This document shows positions 26,262 to 39,622 of a stretch of DNA of 64,000 nucleotides, piece by piece. This DNA comes from Octopus sinensis (lineage: Eukaryota): contig NC_043000.1 in NCBI RefSeq assembly GCF_006345805.1, forward strand, positions 128,836,001 through 128,900,000, given 5' to 3'. Below the pieces are notes generated by a model that was not told the origin of the DNA, made no database searches, and saw only the letters and a program-made list of their open reading frames with translations. How positions within the stretch are numbered: the stretch's first letter is position 1; each line of letters opens with the position of its first letter. The translations under genes and the position numbers were made by a program.

Positions 26262-26899
26262 AATTCCGCAGCTAACTGTGTAATTATTTTCCGAAAACGG
26301 ATTGGGGATGGCCAAGCTGGTGGTGTATTGGTTCCAATTTCTAGCAATCCACGTACTGTCTCTTTCGCCATACTGCTTTTTACAGAGTGAAAAAATACTC
26401 CACCTATCACTCAATTCACCTCCAGCTTTCTCTAGGTTTATACATTACATTTATCCCTTTGAAGTCACCGCCGGACCTCTGCTTTCTCTCTGTCTATATG
26501 TTCCTATTTATTTCTTTATCTCTCTCACTACTTCCCCCCTCTCTCTCTCTCTGATTGTATTTGTCTCTGTCTCTCTCTATCTCTCTCTTTGATTGTGTGT
26601 CTCTCTCTCTTTGTATATGTCTCTCTCTCTCTCTCTCACACACACACACTCACTACCTCTACCTTTTTTTCTCTCAAGAGAAAAAAGCACAGAGACTGAC
26701 AGAGAAAGAGGGTTACGGAGAAAACAAAACAAGTGAGACGCCTCACCTCTGCTTTCTCTCTGCCTATATGTCCTTCTCTATGTCTCAGTCTCTCTCACTA
26801 TCCTCCCTCTCTCTCTGAATGATCTGTCTCTCACCACCTATACCTATTTTTCTCTCTAGAGAAAAAAATACGTGACACAGATAGAAAGGGTGTTAGGGG

Positions 26900-27450
26900 G
26901 CAAAAGCAAGTGAAATGGAGTGGGTTTGGAGGTAGCGATATCTATAAATCTATCGACTAATTTTCTTGACGAGGACGATGCTGTTCCTTATTTGATGAAT
27001 TCGTCGTCCGGTATGCCGCCACACAACCTTGAATTGAAGAAGGGCGCAGTCATCATGCTTCTCAGAAACCTGGATCAGCCAAGATTGTGCAATGATACAA
27101 GTATGCTTGTGACTGAACTACAGCCTCACATAATCAAAGCAAAAATCCTCACACGATGTGGTAAGAGAGACATTGTATTTTTACCTAGAATACCACTAAT
27201 ACCAACAGATATCCCCTTTCGCTTCAAACCATTGCAATTCCCAGTGAGAATCAGTTCCCCATTGACCATTAATAATTCCCAAGATCAAACACTGTAGGTT
27301 GTCGGTCTCCATCTAGAAGAAGGGCTGTTTCTCACATAATCAGTTGTATTTAAGTCGTTCAAGAGAAGGAAACCCACAGAAACTCTTAATACATGCTTTA
27401 AAGAAAGAAGTTTAAAACGTTGTATATATTGAAGTCCTGCAAATGTTTTA
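26900..27450 (+). mobile_element. Helitron Pif1-like helicase C-terminal fragment
   Basis: SGMPPHNLELKKGAVIMLLRNLDQPRLCN...IVFLPRIPLIPTDIPFRFKPLQFPVR...TINNSQDQTL, then HNQLYLSRSR and NVVYIEV. Confidence 0.92.
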
Positions 27451-27654
27451 TAATTTTTGTACAATACATTTCTCTTTTATCATATATATTACTTTCTGTA
27501 TTTAGATAGTCTAATTAAATTTCTAAAATTGTGTTATGCAATATTTAAATAATTTTTAACAACTTTTATTATAAGGAAAATAGGCATTACAATAGATGCC
27601 AGTAGGTGCCTTATGAATACATTTCAACACCGTACAGACCGGAAGGCCAGTTAG

Positions 27655-27764
<110 letters not shown>

Positions 27765-27881
27765 ATGTATATATATATATATAATATATATATATATATA
27801 TGTGGTGTGTGTGAATTTCATCACACACAAATGGACAAAATTTCTTAAGGAAAAAAAATATATTCAAATAAGTAAAACATA

Positions 27882-27916
27882 ATATCATGAATAGCGATTG
27901 CGAAACCGGTAGATAT
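27882..27916 (+). ncRNA. Minimal type I hammerhead motif with A3-U8 core pair
   Basis: AUAUC(27882-86) AUGAAUA(87-93) GC gauu GC GAAA(27902-05) CCGG UA GAUAU(27912-16): 5-bp helix I, G10.1-C11.1, palindromic helix III, GUA site. Confidence 0.65.
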
Positions 27917-28817
27917 ATTAAAAATCATATTAAAACTATGTAAGTGTGCGTATTTTCCTTTTTTAATTTCTTATATACATTACAACTCACCGCGTGGGGA
28001 TTATCGAAATTCCTCTTTTCTGTTACTACTATATATATATAAAACAAACCTGCCTACGTTGCTTAACTCCAACATAACCTTTGTCGATCACGTTCCTCTA
28101 TTAATCATCCTGCCCTTTCCTGCGGTATAGTTTACCCAGGAGTACATTATCTAGTATTTCCTTTCTCTCTTCTTTAGATAGTAGGTCGGGCTGAAAGAAA
28201 TGTGACTGCTATTTCTAGAAGTTCGAGTAACCACGCAGAGGAGACGTTGTTAGCTTGTACAAAAGTACGTGCGTATGCGTTGAAATTGAGGCCATTGAAT
28301 TATGCGTGCGCGTATGTGCGCGCGTGTTGTGAGTAATAAATAATACAGAGCCAGAAAACGTGTTTCTGTATGTAGGAGTGCGTGTGTGCGCGTAAGTATA
28401 TTATTTATTACTTACTCCTACGCATACAGTTAACTGCTCACACAGGCTACACAGCCGTTACGAACTGACATATGCCCACGCACTTGTTCAAGTACTGATG
28501 CACAGGCGGATGCGCACTCGCGCGCGCATACTCACACACACATATATATACGCAGCAATACTCACACTCCTATTTATGTGTGTTTAAACATACATACACA
28601 AACCCATATCTGCATGTGTATATATATATATCTGTCTTTTTCCCTGTTTGTATACATATATATGTGTGTGTGTGGTGTGTGTGTGTGTGTGGTGTGTGTG
28701 TGTGAGTACATGTGTGTGAGTGAATGAGTGTGTGTGTGTGCGTGCGAGTACATGTGTGTGAGTGAATGAGTGTGTGTGTGTGTGTGTGTGTGTGCGAGTA
28801 CATGTGTGTGAGGGAAT

Positions 28818-28851
<34 letters not shown>

Positions 28852-29419
28852 TATCTAGCCATAACGCTACGTAAGTGACTCAAAGGCCTCGAGTTTTGCG
28901 AATAGCACTTACCAGACTCGTCAAATTTTAAAGGACCTGTGGGTGCGTGGCTAAGAAGTTCATTTCGAAACTACATGATTCCGAGTTCAGTCCCTCTATA
29001 TAGCACCTGATGTTTGTATGCGTGTATGTCCATTTTTCCTTTCCCTTTTTCTCTCGTATGTAGCTATCGCCTGTCGTCCGCTGCCACCATTCATTCATTC
29101 TCTTTCCTTTTTGCTGACTTTCTTTAGTGTTAATTATTTGTTTTTCTTAGTTTCATCTCCTTCTCATTGCTTTACTATATCAATTCTTTTTCTCTTCTCT
29201 CCATGTGTCTCTCTCTCTCTTTCCTTCTCTCTTTTTGTCACATGCTGTCTTCTCTATTTCTCTCTCCCTTAACTCTATTACTCTCATACTGTGAACATCT
29301 CTTTCAATTCTCTTTTCTCTTTTTCTCTTCCTCCACAATTAGTAACAGAGTAACCACGTTAGCAGAAGACTTGATTACCATAAAGTTTTTGCTGATATGT
29401 CGTAACAGCTGATTTTATT

Positions 29420-30935
29420 TTAAGTAGGTAGACAAATGGAAGTGGGTTCAAATGATAATCACGGTCAAATATAGTTATTTTTATATTTACAAGATTGGCT
29501 GCATGGCAAAAAAAATAGGACTTGCTACGGGTAGGCAATTTTGATCTGGTTTGTAAATTACATTCACTTCAATCAAATTGATCCCATCATATATGCAGAG
29601 CTTCCAATTGCACCCAAAGAGATAAAGCTCTTCTGTATTGTTGAAACCCTGGTGGTTTATGGCTCCAGTGGCACTCTCATTAAGAATTCTTGCATGAAAA
29701 ACAAGAAACGCACGAAACGGTTTCCAGGATCATATATCAAGGAAACCCAAACGGATGGCAGCAAGTATCTATTTAACAGAAATCCGTCAGAAGATGGAAC
29801 CGTTCAAACCTTATTTAGATAGACGGAAATTGACAACAAGTGGATAGTTTTCGACTATCCACTCCTAACCTACGCATTCAATACACATATCACATTGCAG
29901 GACTTTTGTGACAAACGCTCTGAAATGAGAGGGGAAGCAATGATGTTGTTGGACCTTACCAGTAATTTCCAAAAGGAACAACAACCTACGAAATTCGTGC
30001 TTGCATTAAATCATCATCGTTCTGGTCCAATGTTAAAATCTCCAAACTATCTACAAACATGAAAGTCAATATTTTGGGGATCAGCTGTCTGGATATTTTA
30101 CTAAAAAGTTAGTACAAGTTTTCCTCTCGCTAATAATGGTACTACAGACCCTGATCCTATAAGCGCAGTGATTAAGACAGCAGATGAATTGGTATCAAAG
30201 ATGTTCCATAATCTGGAACATTGTCAAGTAACACACAAGCGGCTGTGTGAAAAAGTAAATTTGGTTAATAGCATCGACTTCATCTGTTGCAGACACTTCC
30301 AGGAAATAGGCATAGTTACTAATCAGTGGGCACTGATGTGGATCTGGAAAAAATTGTTCAGTTTTGCAGAATTTTAAACCTTCAGATTTACCATCACACA
30401 GACCGCAGCGAAAAGAAAAACCCCACAGTAATATTTCTGCATAATTTAGATCAATGCATCTATACAATGATATTAAATAAATAGTTAAGAAGCTTAGTTA
30501 CGTGGAACCAAGACTATTAATCTTACTTGAATACACCAAGTGAAATTACTTAATTATACCCAGAATTTCAGTAATACCACCAGATGTGCGATTTCGACTT
30601 AGAAGAGTTCAGTTTGCACCTTTGAACTCTTCTTCACTATGACAGCTGTTGTTACTGCCGACGAATTTTATGTTGGATGCTCAAGAGTTGAAAACTTCCA
30701 CATTGTCTTTATTTACACTCTTGCTTGTAAAATGAAGATATTATATATCTGCAGGTGGTTAACTGAGGTGTCCAAAACTTCCAGCGTTATGATGGATGCA
30801 TATACGCTAGGATCCATCACAAATCTTAATATAATATTTTGATAACTGAATGCATTGCAGTTCCAGTATTTGAATGTGTAGTTTTTTTTCTTTTGGCTAA
30901 TCTGGCTTCCATGGGGAAGCCGGAGAAGCTCATAT
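29420..30935 (+). mobile_element. Internally deleted, decayed Helitron (Rep and helicase remnants, possible 3' hairpin)
   Basis: WQK..GL...ILIW (HUH motif remnant), IDPIIYAELP...KRFP..ETQTDG, IDNKWIV..YPLL, DELVSKMFHNL, PRISVIP..FRLRRVQF, FYVGCSRV; hairpin ggcttcc-atgg-ggaagcc near 30905. Confidence 0.75.
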
Positions 30936-31359
30936 TTCTACGAGTTATTTTCTTCCCGAAAATCATTATTCAAATTACTTTAAGAATTAAAAAGATATCA
31001 AGAATGAAAGATAAAGTAAATGCTTTCACACTTAGTCTTATGGCCTAAATTTGATTGAATTTTGTAAGTGCCATTTAAGTTGCACACACACACTTACATA
31101 TGCAGGTACACATTACACACTCAGGAACACACATATACACACTCAGGAACACATACACTCACTCACTCACTCTCTCTCTCTCGCTCGCTCTCTCTCTCTC
31201 TCACACACACACAAACATACACAATTATAGTATAATTTTACTTATGAAAGTGTGCCTGCATCACGGTGCATTGGACACCGGACTGGCATAAACGTATTGG
31301 GTACTAATCTTATTTCTTGGATGAAAGCTAACTTTCAGGAGAAATATAATAGTGTGTGC

Positions 31360-31393
<34 letters not shown>

Positions 31394-31394
<1 letters not shown>

Positions 31395-33050
31395 ACGTGT
31401 GTGTGTATGACCATTAATTTATGAAGATCTGTATGTACGCGTACATTGAAATAGGCTCTTGTAAGAGATAAATATTATTAATTTAAAGGTCATAATACAA
31501 GTATTAAAGCGCTACTAATAGTTTCATATATTGAGAAAACTCAAACATTTTCTTCAGGCACAAACCATGTATCATAACGAACTAAGAAAAAATTGAATAA
31601 TTGAAATGCGAAAAAACTGAGAAAACGCAAAAAGTAAATAACAGAAAACGAAAGCACACACACACAAAAAAAAATAATAAAATGTAAAAAAATAAAAAGT
31701 AAAAAGGTAAAGGACTATCCTCCTTAGACCTTAAATGATAAGGATGGAAAGATATCAAGTCAGTCAGGAATAGGCGGAATTTTCCAACTATTCAAAATAT
31801 ATTTATACTTATGCATGCAACTACTGAAAACTTCTGACCTGGTGTTCAATAGAGAGTTAGGGATCTTAGATCTGAACAGGATCTGCGTTCATTTCAGCCA
31901 AACAAAGTCTACATTTATTCGATCCATTAACATAAGGAATGGATTTCTCAATTACTTCCCATTTAATCACATGCGGTGTTTCGTTATCTTCCAAAGCCCA
32001 TACGTAGCTAGACAACGTAGTACATAACTTTACTTTTGTCCTTATGTTGGAAGGAGGCTATGTGATTGGCATAGCGATTTTTAAATTCCCCTTCACATTA
32101 TCCAATGTAGGTCTTCTTATCAGTTGTATTATTATTTAGGGTTGCCGTAACTTATGCCCCATATATGATAGATTTAGTCATACATCGTTGGTCAAGTAGA
32201 CAGGAACCTGGGTCGCGACGGTTGCAAATGGATGTAGACTTTTGGTATTGACCACGTGTAATAATACTCTTCATATTGGGGCAGCAACTATATGATAATT
32301 TCACAGAAATATAATATTTTCCTGTATTTGTGAGTTGCTGGAAAGTGTTTTTCTAAGAGAGACAGGAATCTTTTACCAATGTTAGTTTTTATATTAAAGG
32401 AAAAGGGAGGGGTGAACCAAATAATTTTCCTTGGTTATTTCTAGGTTTCTTATTCTTATTCTTATCAATACTCGAGTGGTTATATATTACCTTATCTTTG
32501 ATGCCATTAGATCTATTATTAATATTCCAATTATTATTAGAGGGATTATATTAATTTATCTTTGAAGCCACTATTGGCTAGGGCCGTGTTATAATAAGGC
32601 GCAGCTTTTTCGAAAATTTCTTTAGAAGGAGAGTGGTTAGACACTCTTACTAATATTAGCTATCAGGTTTTTAAATATTACAGGAGTATGACGAGACTGT
32701 TTATGCATATATGCGAGTTTCTCATTAGGTTTATGGAAAGGTTTATACTAGGAGTTTAGATCTAGGGAAACATCTGAATAATCAACTATAGAGAGATTAG
32801 TAGCTACTGCAATTTTAAGTCCTAATTGATTAAAGGTAGAAATATGTTGCTTTATAAATCTATCAAGGGTGTGAGCATCACACCCATGGGAAATACCTAT
32901 ATATATATATATAGGCCGGATGTGTGTACTAAGCAGTGCGTGATCTCCGTGAAACCTGATTCTATGACCCAGTTATTTAAAAAATTGTCGGAGTCGCTTC
33001 CTGCTAAGAAGTTTAGTAATGCCATCGAGAGACTTCTCTGGACATTGCAG
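31394..33050 (-). mobile_element. Penelope-like element, 5'-truncated and decayed: RT thumb + GIY-YIG endonuclease + 3' terminus
   Basis: [72 protein letters not shown]...KTYIG*CEGEFKNRYANHIASF, KCRLCLAE, LLNTRSEVFSSCMHK; stop at ~31760; ends at (TA)n. Confidence 0.93.
31509..31561 (-). ncRNA. Type I hammerhead motif in the 3' terminus of the Penelope-like element
   Basis: GUGC-CUGAAGA-aa-AUGU UUGAG uuuu CUCAA u AUAU-GAAA-CU auu AG-UA-GCGC; same strand as and downstream of the GIY-YIG ORF. Confidence 0.7.
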
Positions 33051-33630
33051 CTAACGACCAATCACTTTCTGTTGAAAATATGACGACATATAAGCCAAGA
33101 AGGGGGCCTCTTCGAGTTCAGGCAATTTGCCAGAGTTAGCAGTCAAATACCCATTAACCCATACTTGGCACAATGTTATCCGGGATATACTATTCCAGAA
33201 GAGCAGATCGTATGGTTATAGCTGCACTGATCTTTCATCATAGATCTGTCTGTTCTGTTAAGGTTGACTTGGGGTTGAACAGTAGCAACAACAATAACAA
33301 CAGTAACGCCGATGATATACATTTAGTTAAGAAAGCATTAGTTTGTTTCGTTATTGCTGTTCTTGTTTAACAGACTCATCTTATTCATCACCCCCACTCC
33401 TTTTTTCTTCTTTTATTTCATTTCTTCATTCTTTGATATATTTTCTTCTTTCCTCCTTTTTTTGATCCTTCTTTCTGTCTTGCCAAATTTTTCCTCTTTT
33501 CTTTCGTTCCATCTATACACTTTTTATATTTCTTTATTAATGAAAGAAAGGAATAACAGAAAAAATATATATAAAAAAAAAGCATATATTTTCTCATTTT
33601 TTCTTCTTTTTCCCTGCACTCTTTCTTCTT

Positions 33631-33730
33631 NNNNNNNNNNNNNNNNNNNNNNNNNNNNNNNNNNNNNNNNNNNNNNNNNNNNNNNNNNNNNNNNNNNNNN
33701 NNNNNNNNNNNNNNNNNNNNNNNNNNNNNN
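33631..33730. other. Assembly gap (100 N)
   Basis: Seen directly. Confidence 1.
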
Positions 33731-34047
33731 ATCAACCACAAAACAAAAAACTTTGACAGCACTACTACGAACACGGCCACCAACAACGCCATCACCTCTA
33801 CCACAATTAATACAACAAAAATATGACAGAAGTGGTGGGGAACAACCGCGACAACACAAATGGTAACAACAATATTACATGAATAACAACAACAGCATCA
33901 ACGGTAGCAGATTTGCAGCAATGGATGCAAAAGGAAATGAAGTGTTTAGTATGAGCATATTAAAACGATATGTCTGGCTCAAGAGGCCAAATTGATAGAC
34001 TTGAAAAATAATGGACTGACCTAGGCACGCCCGCCTCTACGCAACTG

Positions 34048-34174
<127 letters not shown>

Positions 34175-34229
34175 CACGCACAAAATACATAAATGTATTT
34201 CCATGAACACAAAACAACTGGAGACAGCG

Positions 34230-37220
34230 AATCTGACTGTCGTAGAATGAAATGTCGCTGAAAGAAATAAAGGCCGACTTAAAGTTATCTCGAGGGCTAA
34301 GTAATTTGCTGGCATTTTAGTACTCTTCAAGAGTGAAGCTCTGGTCGTCTGATACTCCGTGGTTCTTTGTCAGAGCGATAAATATGTTCTCTTTCCATCA
34401 TATTTAGAAAGGAGGACGGTAAGAATGAAGATCTCGGGGGTTATATATGGTGAATATATGGTGGATCACTGCATGCATCGTCTTAGAAGGAAGTAACACC
34501 AACTTCTTAAAGGTGAAGCGATCCCGTCGTGATAACTGGTCTAGGATCAGTGTGGAAGTGCTACACCACATCAAACCAGACATTATCCACATGATCCCAA
34601 ACCTTATTCGCCTTCCGGGATGGGATGAGTTGTATGTTCCGGTTCAGGGTAGAAGGATTTTAGGCCACCTGTGAGGGGAGACTGGCCACTTGAAAGCTTT
34701 CTGCAGCGAACAACAACAAAAGCGGCACCAACCCCAGCATAAAATGGCAGCATGAACAACAGAAATAGTTAAATTAGCAACTGCTGGAACAACACCATCA
34801 ACAGCAGTACCAGCAACACTTGCAGCAGATGCACCACCACCACCTTCAACAGTAGAAAGAAAATAACGGATAAGAAACACTCAGGGGCTCTCCCAACGAA
34901 CTCTTCTTCTCACTCTCTGTCTCGTATAAACACAAACACACACATAGACTTTCATACAAATACTAATGCACTCTTACCCATATCCGAAACTGTTTCCACA
35001 GATATTGATGCCTCATTAAAATGATAAAAGCCAAAATAAAGCAAAAACATCATGCCTCACACCAACACACACTAAAAGAACATATAAAACGCACCCACAA
35101 CAATCACAGATACGTCTGCAGAACACGAACCTCTCCAGCAGCTCAGTCGTCAACACATTCGTCGCTACCACAACTAGCTCCGCAACCGCAACAAACTACA
35201 ACGCTACCGCAACTACAAAAAAAAAACGCTCAACCGCAATAACCAGCCACACAGACACAAAACATCGTGCTAATGAGGAGAGCCAACATAGAATTGACGG
35301 CCCTCATAGCACGAAGCAAGGACATTGTGAGATAGAATGTGATCATCGGCACGAGCATCTTTCAAGTGCCAGAAACACTGATGATGGTGCGTATGCTACT
35401 GGAAACTTATAAAAAGATTAGGGATTTTCCTTCGCGAGTAGACTTTTAAGGGTGCTCCCAAAAGAACTCCAACCAGATTTGTAGGTCGAACCACTTGACC
35501 TTCAACGGCACTCAGCGGGTAAGTAGCTCCCATTTTTCTTCTCCGAAATCTCTCCGGCCATTACGGCGGGTTTAAGAGTGGGTGGCATAAATGTTCATGG
35601 CCTGGGATTGCCCTAGAAGCAAGGTCACCTGCTCACCGACCTCAAGTCACTAGCTATAGATGTGACGGCTATAAATGAGACTGAGATTTTTGACACACAC
35701 GCACTAGCCCCTATTTTCGACGACTTCGAAACCTACATATCTCTTAGTTGGCCTGAAATGGGAGGCGTGGGTGGCAGTGTTGTTTAGTAAAGGCCTGGAT
35801 CTCAAGGTACGGACGATCTTCCTGGAACCGTAAGGTAAGTTAGTGATCCTGGACATAAACGCTAGTGCAGATAGTGTTTTCAGACTAGTCATTGTAAATG
35901 CCCCTAGGAGGCTTTCCTTGTAAAGTCTCGCACTTTATTGTTAGTGGTCGATTTGAGCTGCACGCCTGAACTGTGAACGGCTAGCCGATAGCTATAAAAG
36001 CCTCATAATCCTGATCAGTCGCTGCTAACTCTCAGACAGATACCGACTGGATTTCCCGAATGCGCCAAATAGAGATATAGGCAAACAGTAACGGATCATC
36101 CAGATCGCATCTTGAGTAATTTGTAGGCCTATAGACAGAAGTAGCATAAGTTCCCTACAGTTCAAAGTCAGCTTACCAAACAACAAATTTGTGATCTGTA
36201 TAGACGACATAGAAAGGTTCTATAGGCAGGACCCCGGACACTGGAAGCTGAACACATCCTTCCCAGTGCGTCAAGCTTTCAGAGACCCGATTAGCAAGTA
36301 AGTCCATTGGAAGTTGTCGGGTTCAATCATCAACAACCGATGGTGGATAGCCCTGAAAAGGACTTTTAGAGTAGAGGCGGTAGGGTTTAGTAAGGAAATA
36401 GCTTTAAAGGAATCTAAGGAGACCTAGTTAGGAAGCTAGAAGCTTAGGAGAGGCATAGCAACAGACGTGTTCGCAGCAAGATTGGCTCTTGATCAACTTT
36501 TCAATGTTAAGCACGAAGGTGGTGTCGTTAGGGCTAGGGCTCATACGCTAAGACATGAGGGAGCGAAAGCCGTTCGATGGGCCCGAGTGGAAGAGGTGCA
36601 AAGTGACAAGAAAGCCCCAATTCGGTCATTGATCAGCCAGGACGGGCGTATGTTACACGAGCCCATGTGAACGGAATTTCAGTAGCACTTCGCCGAACTG
36701 TACGCAGTAGGCGGTGGGTCGGGGTCGGAGGAGGATTTCACCTTCTACCTCGGCAGTATGCTGTGCCTTTCGTCCAGGGATGCAGAGCTCTGTGAAATAC
36801 CAATAACAGCTGAAGGCATACGCGATGATTAGCTTCACAAGGGAGAAGCCTCTGGGGTTGGATAATCAGCTCTTTTAGCTTTATCTTCATATATCAGATT
36901 TGTTCGATGATCTCTTGGCAACAGAATAGGAGAAACTCCAGTGCTGTGAGCCGTGGCGCGGTGCTGCTGCTGAGAAACGACCCGATCAAGGAGGACCAAA
37001 TGCATAATAATTTTTGGCCTGTAACTAAACACAGATTACAAGATTTTTGCCAACGTGTTAGCCTAGAGGTTGGTGCTTGTCGCTGGTCGGTGATGCGCAG
37101 ACGTGCGCTATTCCAAATAGATGTATCCGCGACAACCTCCACTTCGCGCATTAAATCATAGAGAGGGTGGGTAAAGATCCTGGCATGGGTGGAGCCCTTT
37201 TGATAAGCTCGTTCACCAAC

Positions 37221-37222
<2 letters not shown>
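34230..37222 (+). mobile_element. Tx1/L1-like LINE, decayed: ORF1 (CCHC knuckle), APE, linker and start of RT; 3' part missing
   Basis: GHL*GETGHLKAFC (decayed Cx2Cx4Hx4C) at ~34660-34705; LRVGGINVHGL...IDVTAINETE; PGHWKLN; GVVRARA...RWARVEE; FDKLVHQ at the break. Confidence 0.85.
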
Positions 37223-37251
<29 letters not shown>

Positions 37252-37269
37252 TGTATGTATGTATGTATG

Positions 37270-37500
37270 TATGTATGTATGTATGTATGTGTTTGCATTA
37301 TGCTTGTTCCCCCCACCGCCTGCAATCGGTATTGGTTTGTTTACATTACCGTAACTGCGAGGTTCAGCAAAAAAAAAAAAAAGACCGATAGAATAAATAC
37401 CAAGCTTTAAAAAGCAAGTACTGTGGTTGACTTGTACGATTTAAACATTTCAAGGCGGTGTCCGAGCATTGACGATGTTGAATGACTGAAACAAACAAAA
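37270..37500 (+). mobile_element. SINE family A body after (TATG)n
   Basis: Degenerate body match. Confidence 0.8.
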
Positions 37501-38903
37501 GACAAAAGGATACAGATACCGAAAAAAATGGTTGGTTTTGATGAGAGAAAATATCCCATCTATTTTCTTTCATTACAGAAAAAGCATACCCCTGGTTGAA
37601 TTTTCCTGTGAGTCCTTTTTCAAGACAGTAAGATGTCGGCTGGGGAATATCTGGCTGGTATTTCTAGAAAGCAGTTCAAATGATCACATAGACGCTCTCT
37701 CGTTTATTCGTCTCTATCTATTGTAAATAAGGCAAGGGATCATGGTGGACTAATCCTTCACCAAGCTACTACGCACATTCAAGAATGAGACAGTGAAGGA
37801 GCCTCTATGCAGTCGCTGTCTTTGATTATGGGCTTAATCAGATTTGACCCGGAGCTAAACAACAAAGACAGCGAGACGATGACAGTAACAATAACCCATT
37901 TTCTATCCATAGTACGATTTGAAATTAGCAAAGATAAGATAACCTGGTAGCAGTGTAAAATATCCTGATATGTGTATACACGCGTGTGTGTGTGTGTGTG
38001 TGTTTAATACATGATGTCTGTTTGACAGCAGCCATCAAATAGCATGAGATAGAATGACCAGGACGCGTATCCAATGACAAGGTGGATCTCAACTCTTGAG
38101 AATGTGAAAATTAAAGTAGCATCTGTTCTCGACTACAAAGTAAATTTGAAGTCAAAATAGAAAATTTAGGAAGCACTCGTTAAATATACAATGTAACTGC
38201 TAATTACAATTGTGAGCCGTGCCTCCACACCCAAAGAAGTTTCAACAAGGTCGTTCTGCTAGCTGCAAATAGCAGTCATATCTTCCCACAAATCCTGCCT
38301 TTCAGAGGAATATTTGCGGTCCTTCACACCTGCTACTGTTTTAATACGCTTCTGACGTGAGACCGTATCATTGTCGCATACTTAGAGCCGATTCAAATGA
38401 TTGCGCCCATCCCATCTCGTATATCTATGTGACCTTGTGCCAGTGAGCTAAATCTATACCCATCAAATTCTATATATTTCAGTGTCCACCATACTTTTCG
38501 TTTCCTGTAAACTTTCATTTGACACGCCGTTCCTATTTGCTTATATTATATTTAACTAGTAGTATCCGGTTTTGCCAGGGTTCATAAGTAACTGAAACAA
38601 ATTGCTAGCAAAGATATTTTCAAAAAACACGTGATCGTTTTTCCCACCAACTACGCGTTGAAACATAGTATATTGAAGAAAACAAAAAGTTAAAAGAACA
38701 AAATAAATTTACACATCACACTAATTTTGGAAATGTTTTAATTAGAGGAAATAATATGTGAAAAAAATGAAAGTATATAAAAGTAAAACGATATCAGTAT
38801 TAAAAATAATCAAATAAAACGTTATCAAAACCTGGCTTCACGTGTGGAGTAGGAAAATTGATACATGATATATTAACATACAGTCACATGTATGTATGTA
38901 TAA

Positions 38904-38975
<72 letters not shown>

Positions 38976-39184
38976 GAAGAAATTTAAAGTATAAAAACCA
39001 TAGGCAAATTATTTAGCTGCTCAGTTTGATGTTTCCAATAAAAAAAAATTGATATCAAATAACATTCAAAAATTTTTCCCAGCCGAATTCAATGGGATTT
39101 GAACTCTTAGCGTAAAGAACAAGAACAAATACCACATGACACATTTCTGACACTTTAGCAATCCTGCAAATCCATTGCCCAGTT

Positions 39185-39400
39185 AGTAATTCTTTCTACT
39201 CTTGGCACATACCCAAAATCATAGGGAAGGGGACTTGTTGATTACATTGATCCTAGTGCTTGCCTGGTACTTATTTTATCGACCCCGAAAGGAATGAACA
39301 GTAAAGTAACCTCGGCGGAATTTGAACTCAAAACGCAAAGACTGACAAAATACCGCTAAACCCTGCATGCTAACGATTTCGCCAGCTCTCCGTGATAGTA
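39185..39400 (-). mobile_element. SINE family B
   Basis: 'ggtacttattttatcgaccccgaaagg...cctcggcggaatttgaactc' is the reverse complement of the 59240-59470 copy. Confidence 0.85.
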
Positions 39401-39553
39401 ATAATGGATTATGTAAAATATTTTGAGTTATAATGTCTGGTGTCAAGTTGCACTTTGATACAAAGTTTTTACCTCTAAAATTTCAACCAGTGAACAGCCG
39501 AAAGAGAATTAAAGGACTAATACACACAATCACACACACACACGGACAGACAG

Positions 39554-39622
<69 letters not shown>

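Noticed and set aside
37579-37607. 29-nt exon-like segment KAYPWLNFP with good splice sites
   Set aside because: Lies in or against a dispersed repeat seen several times in the window (e.g. ~2640, 28190, 62120).
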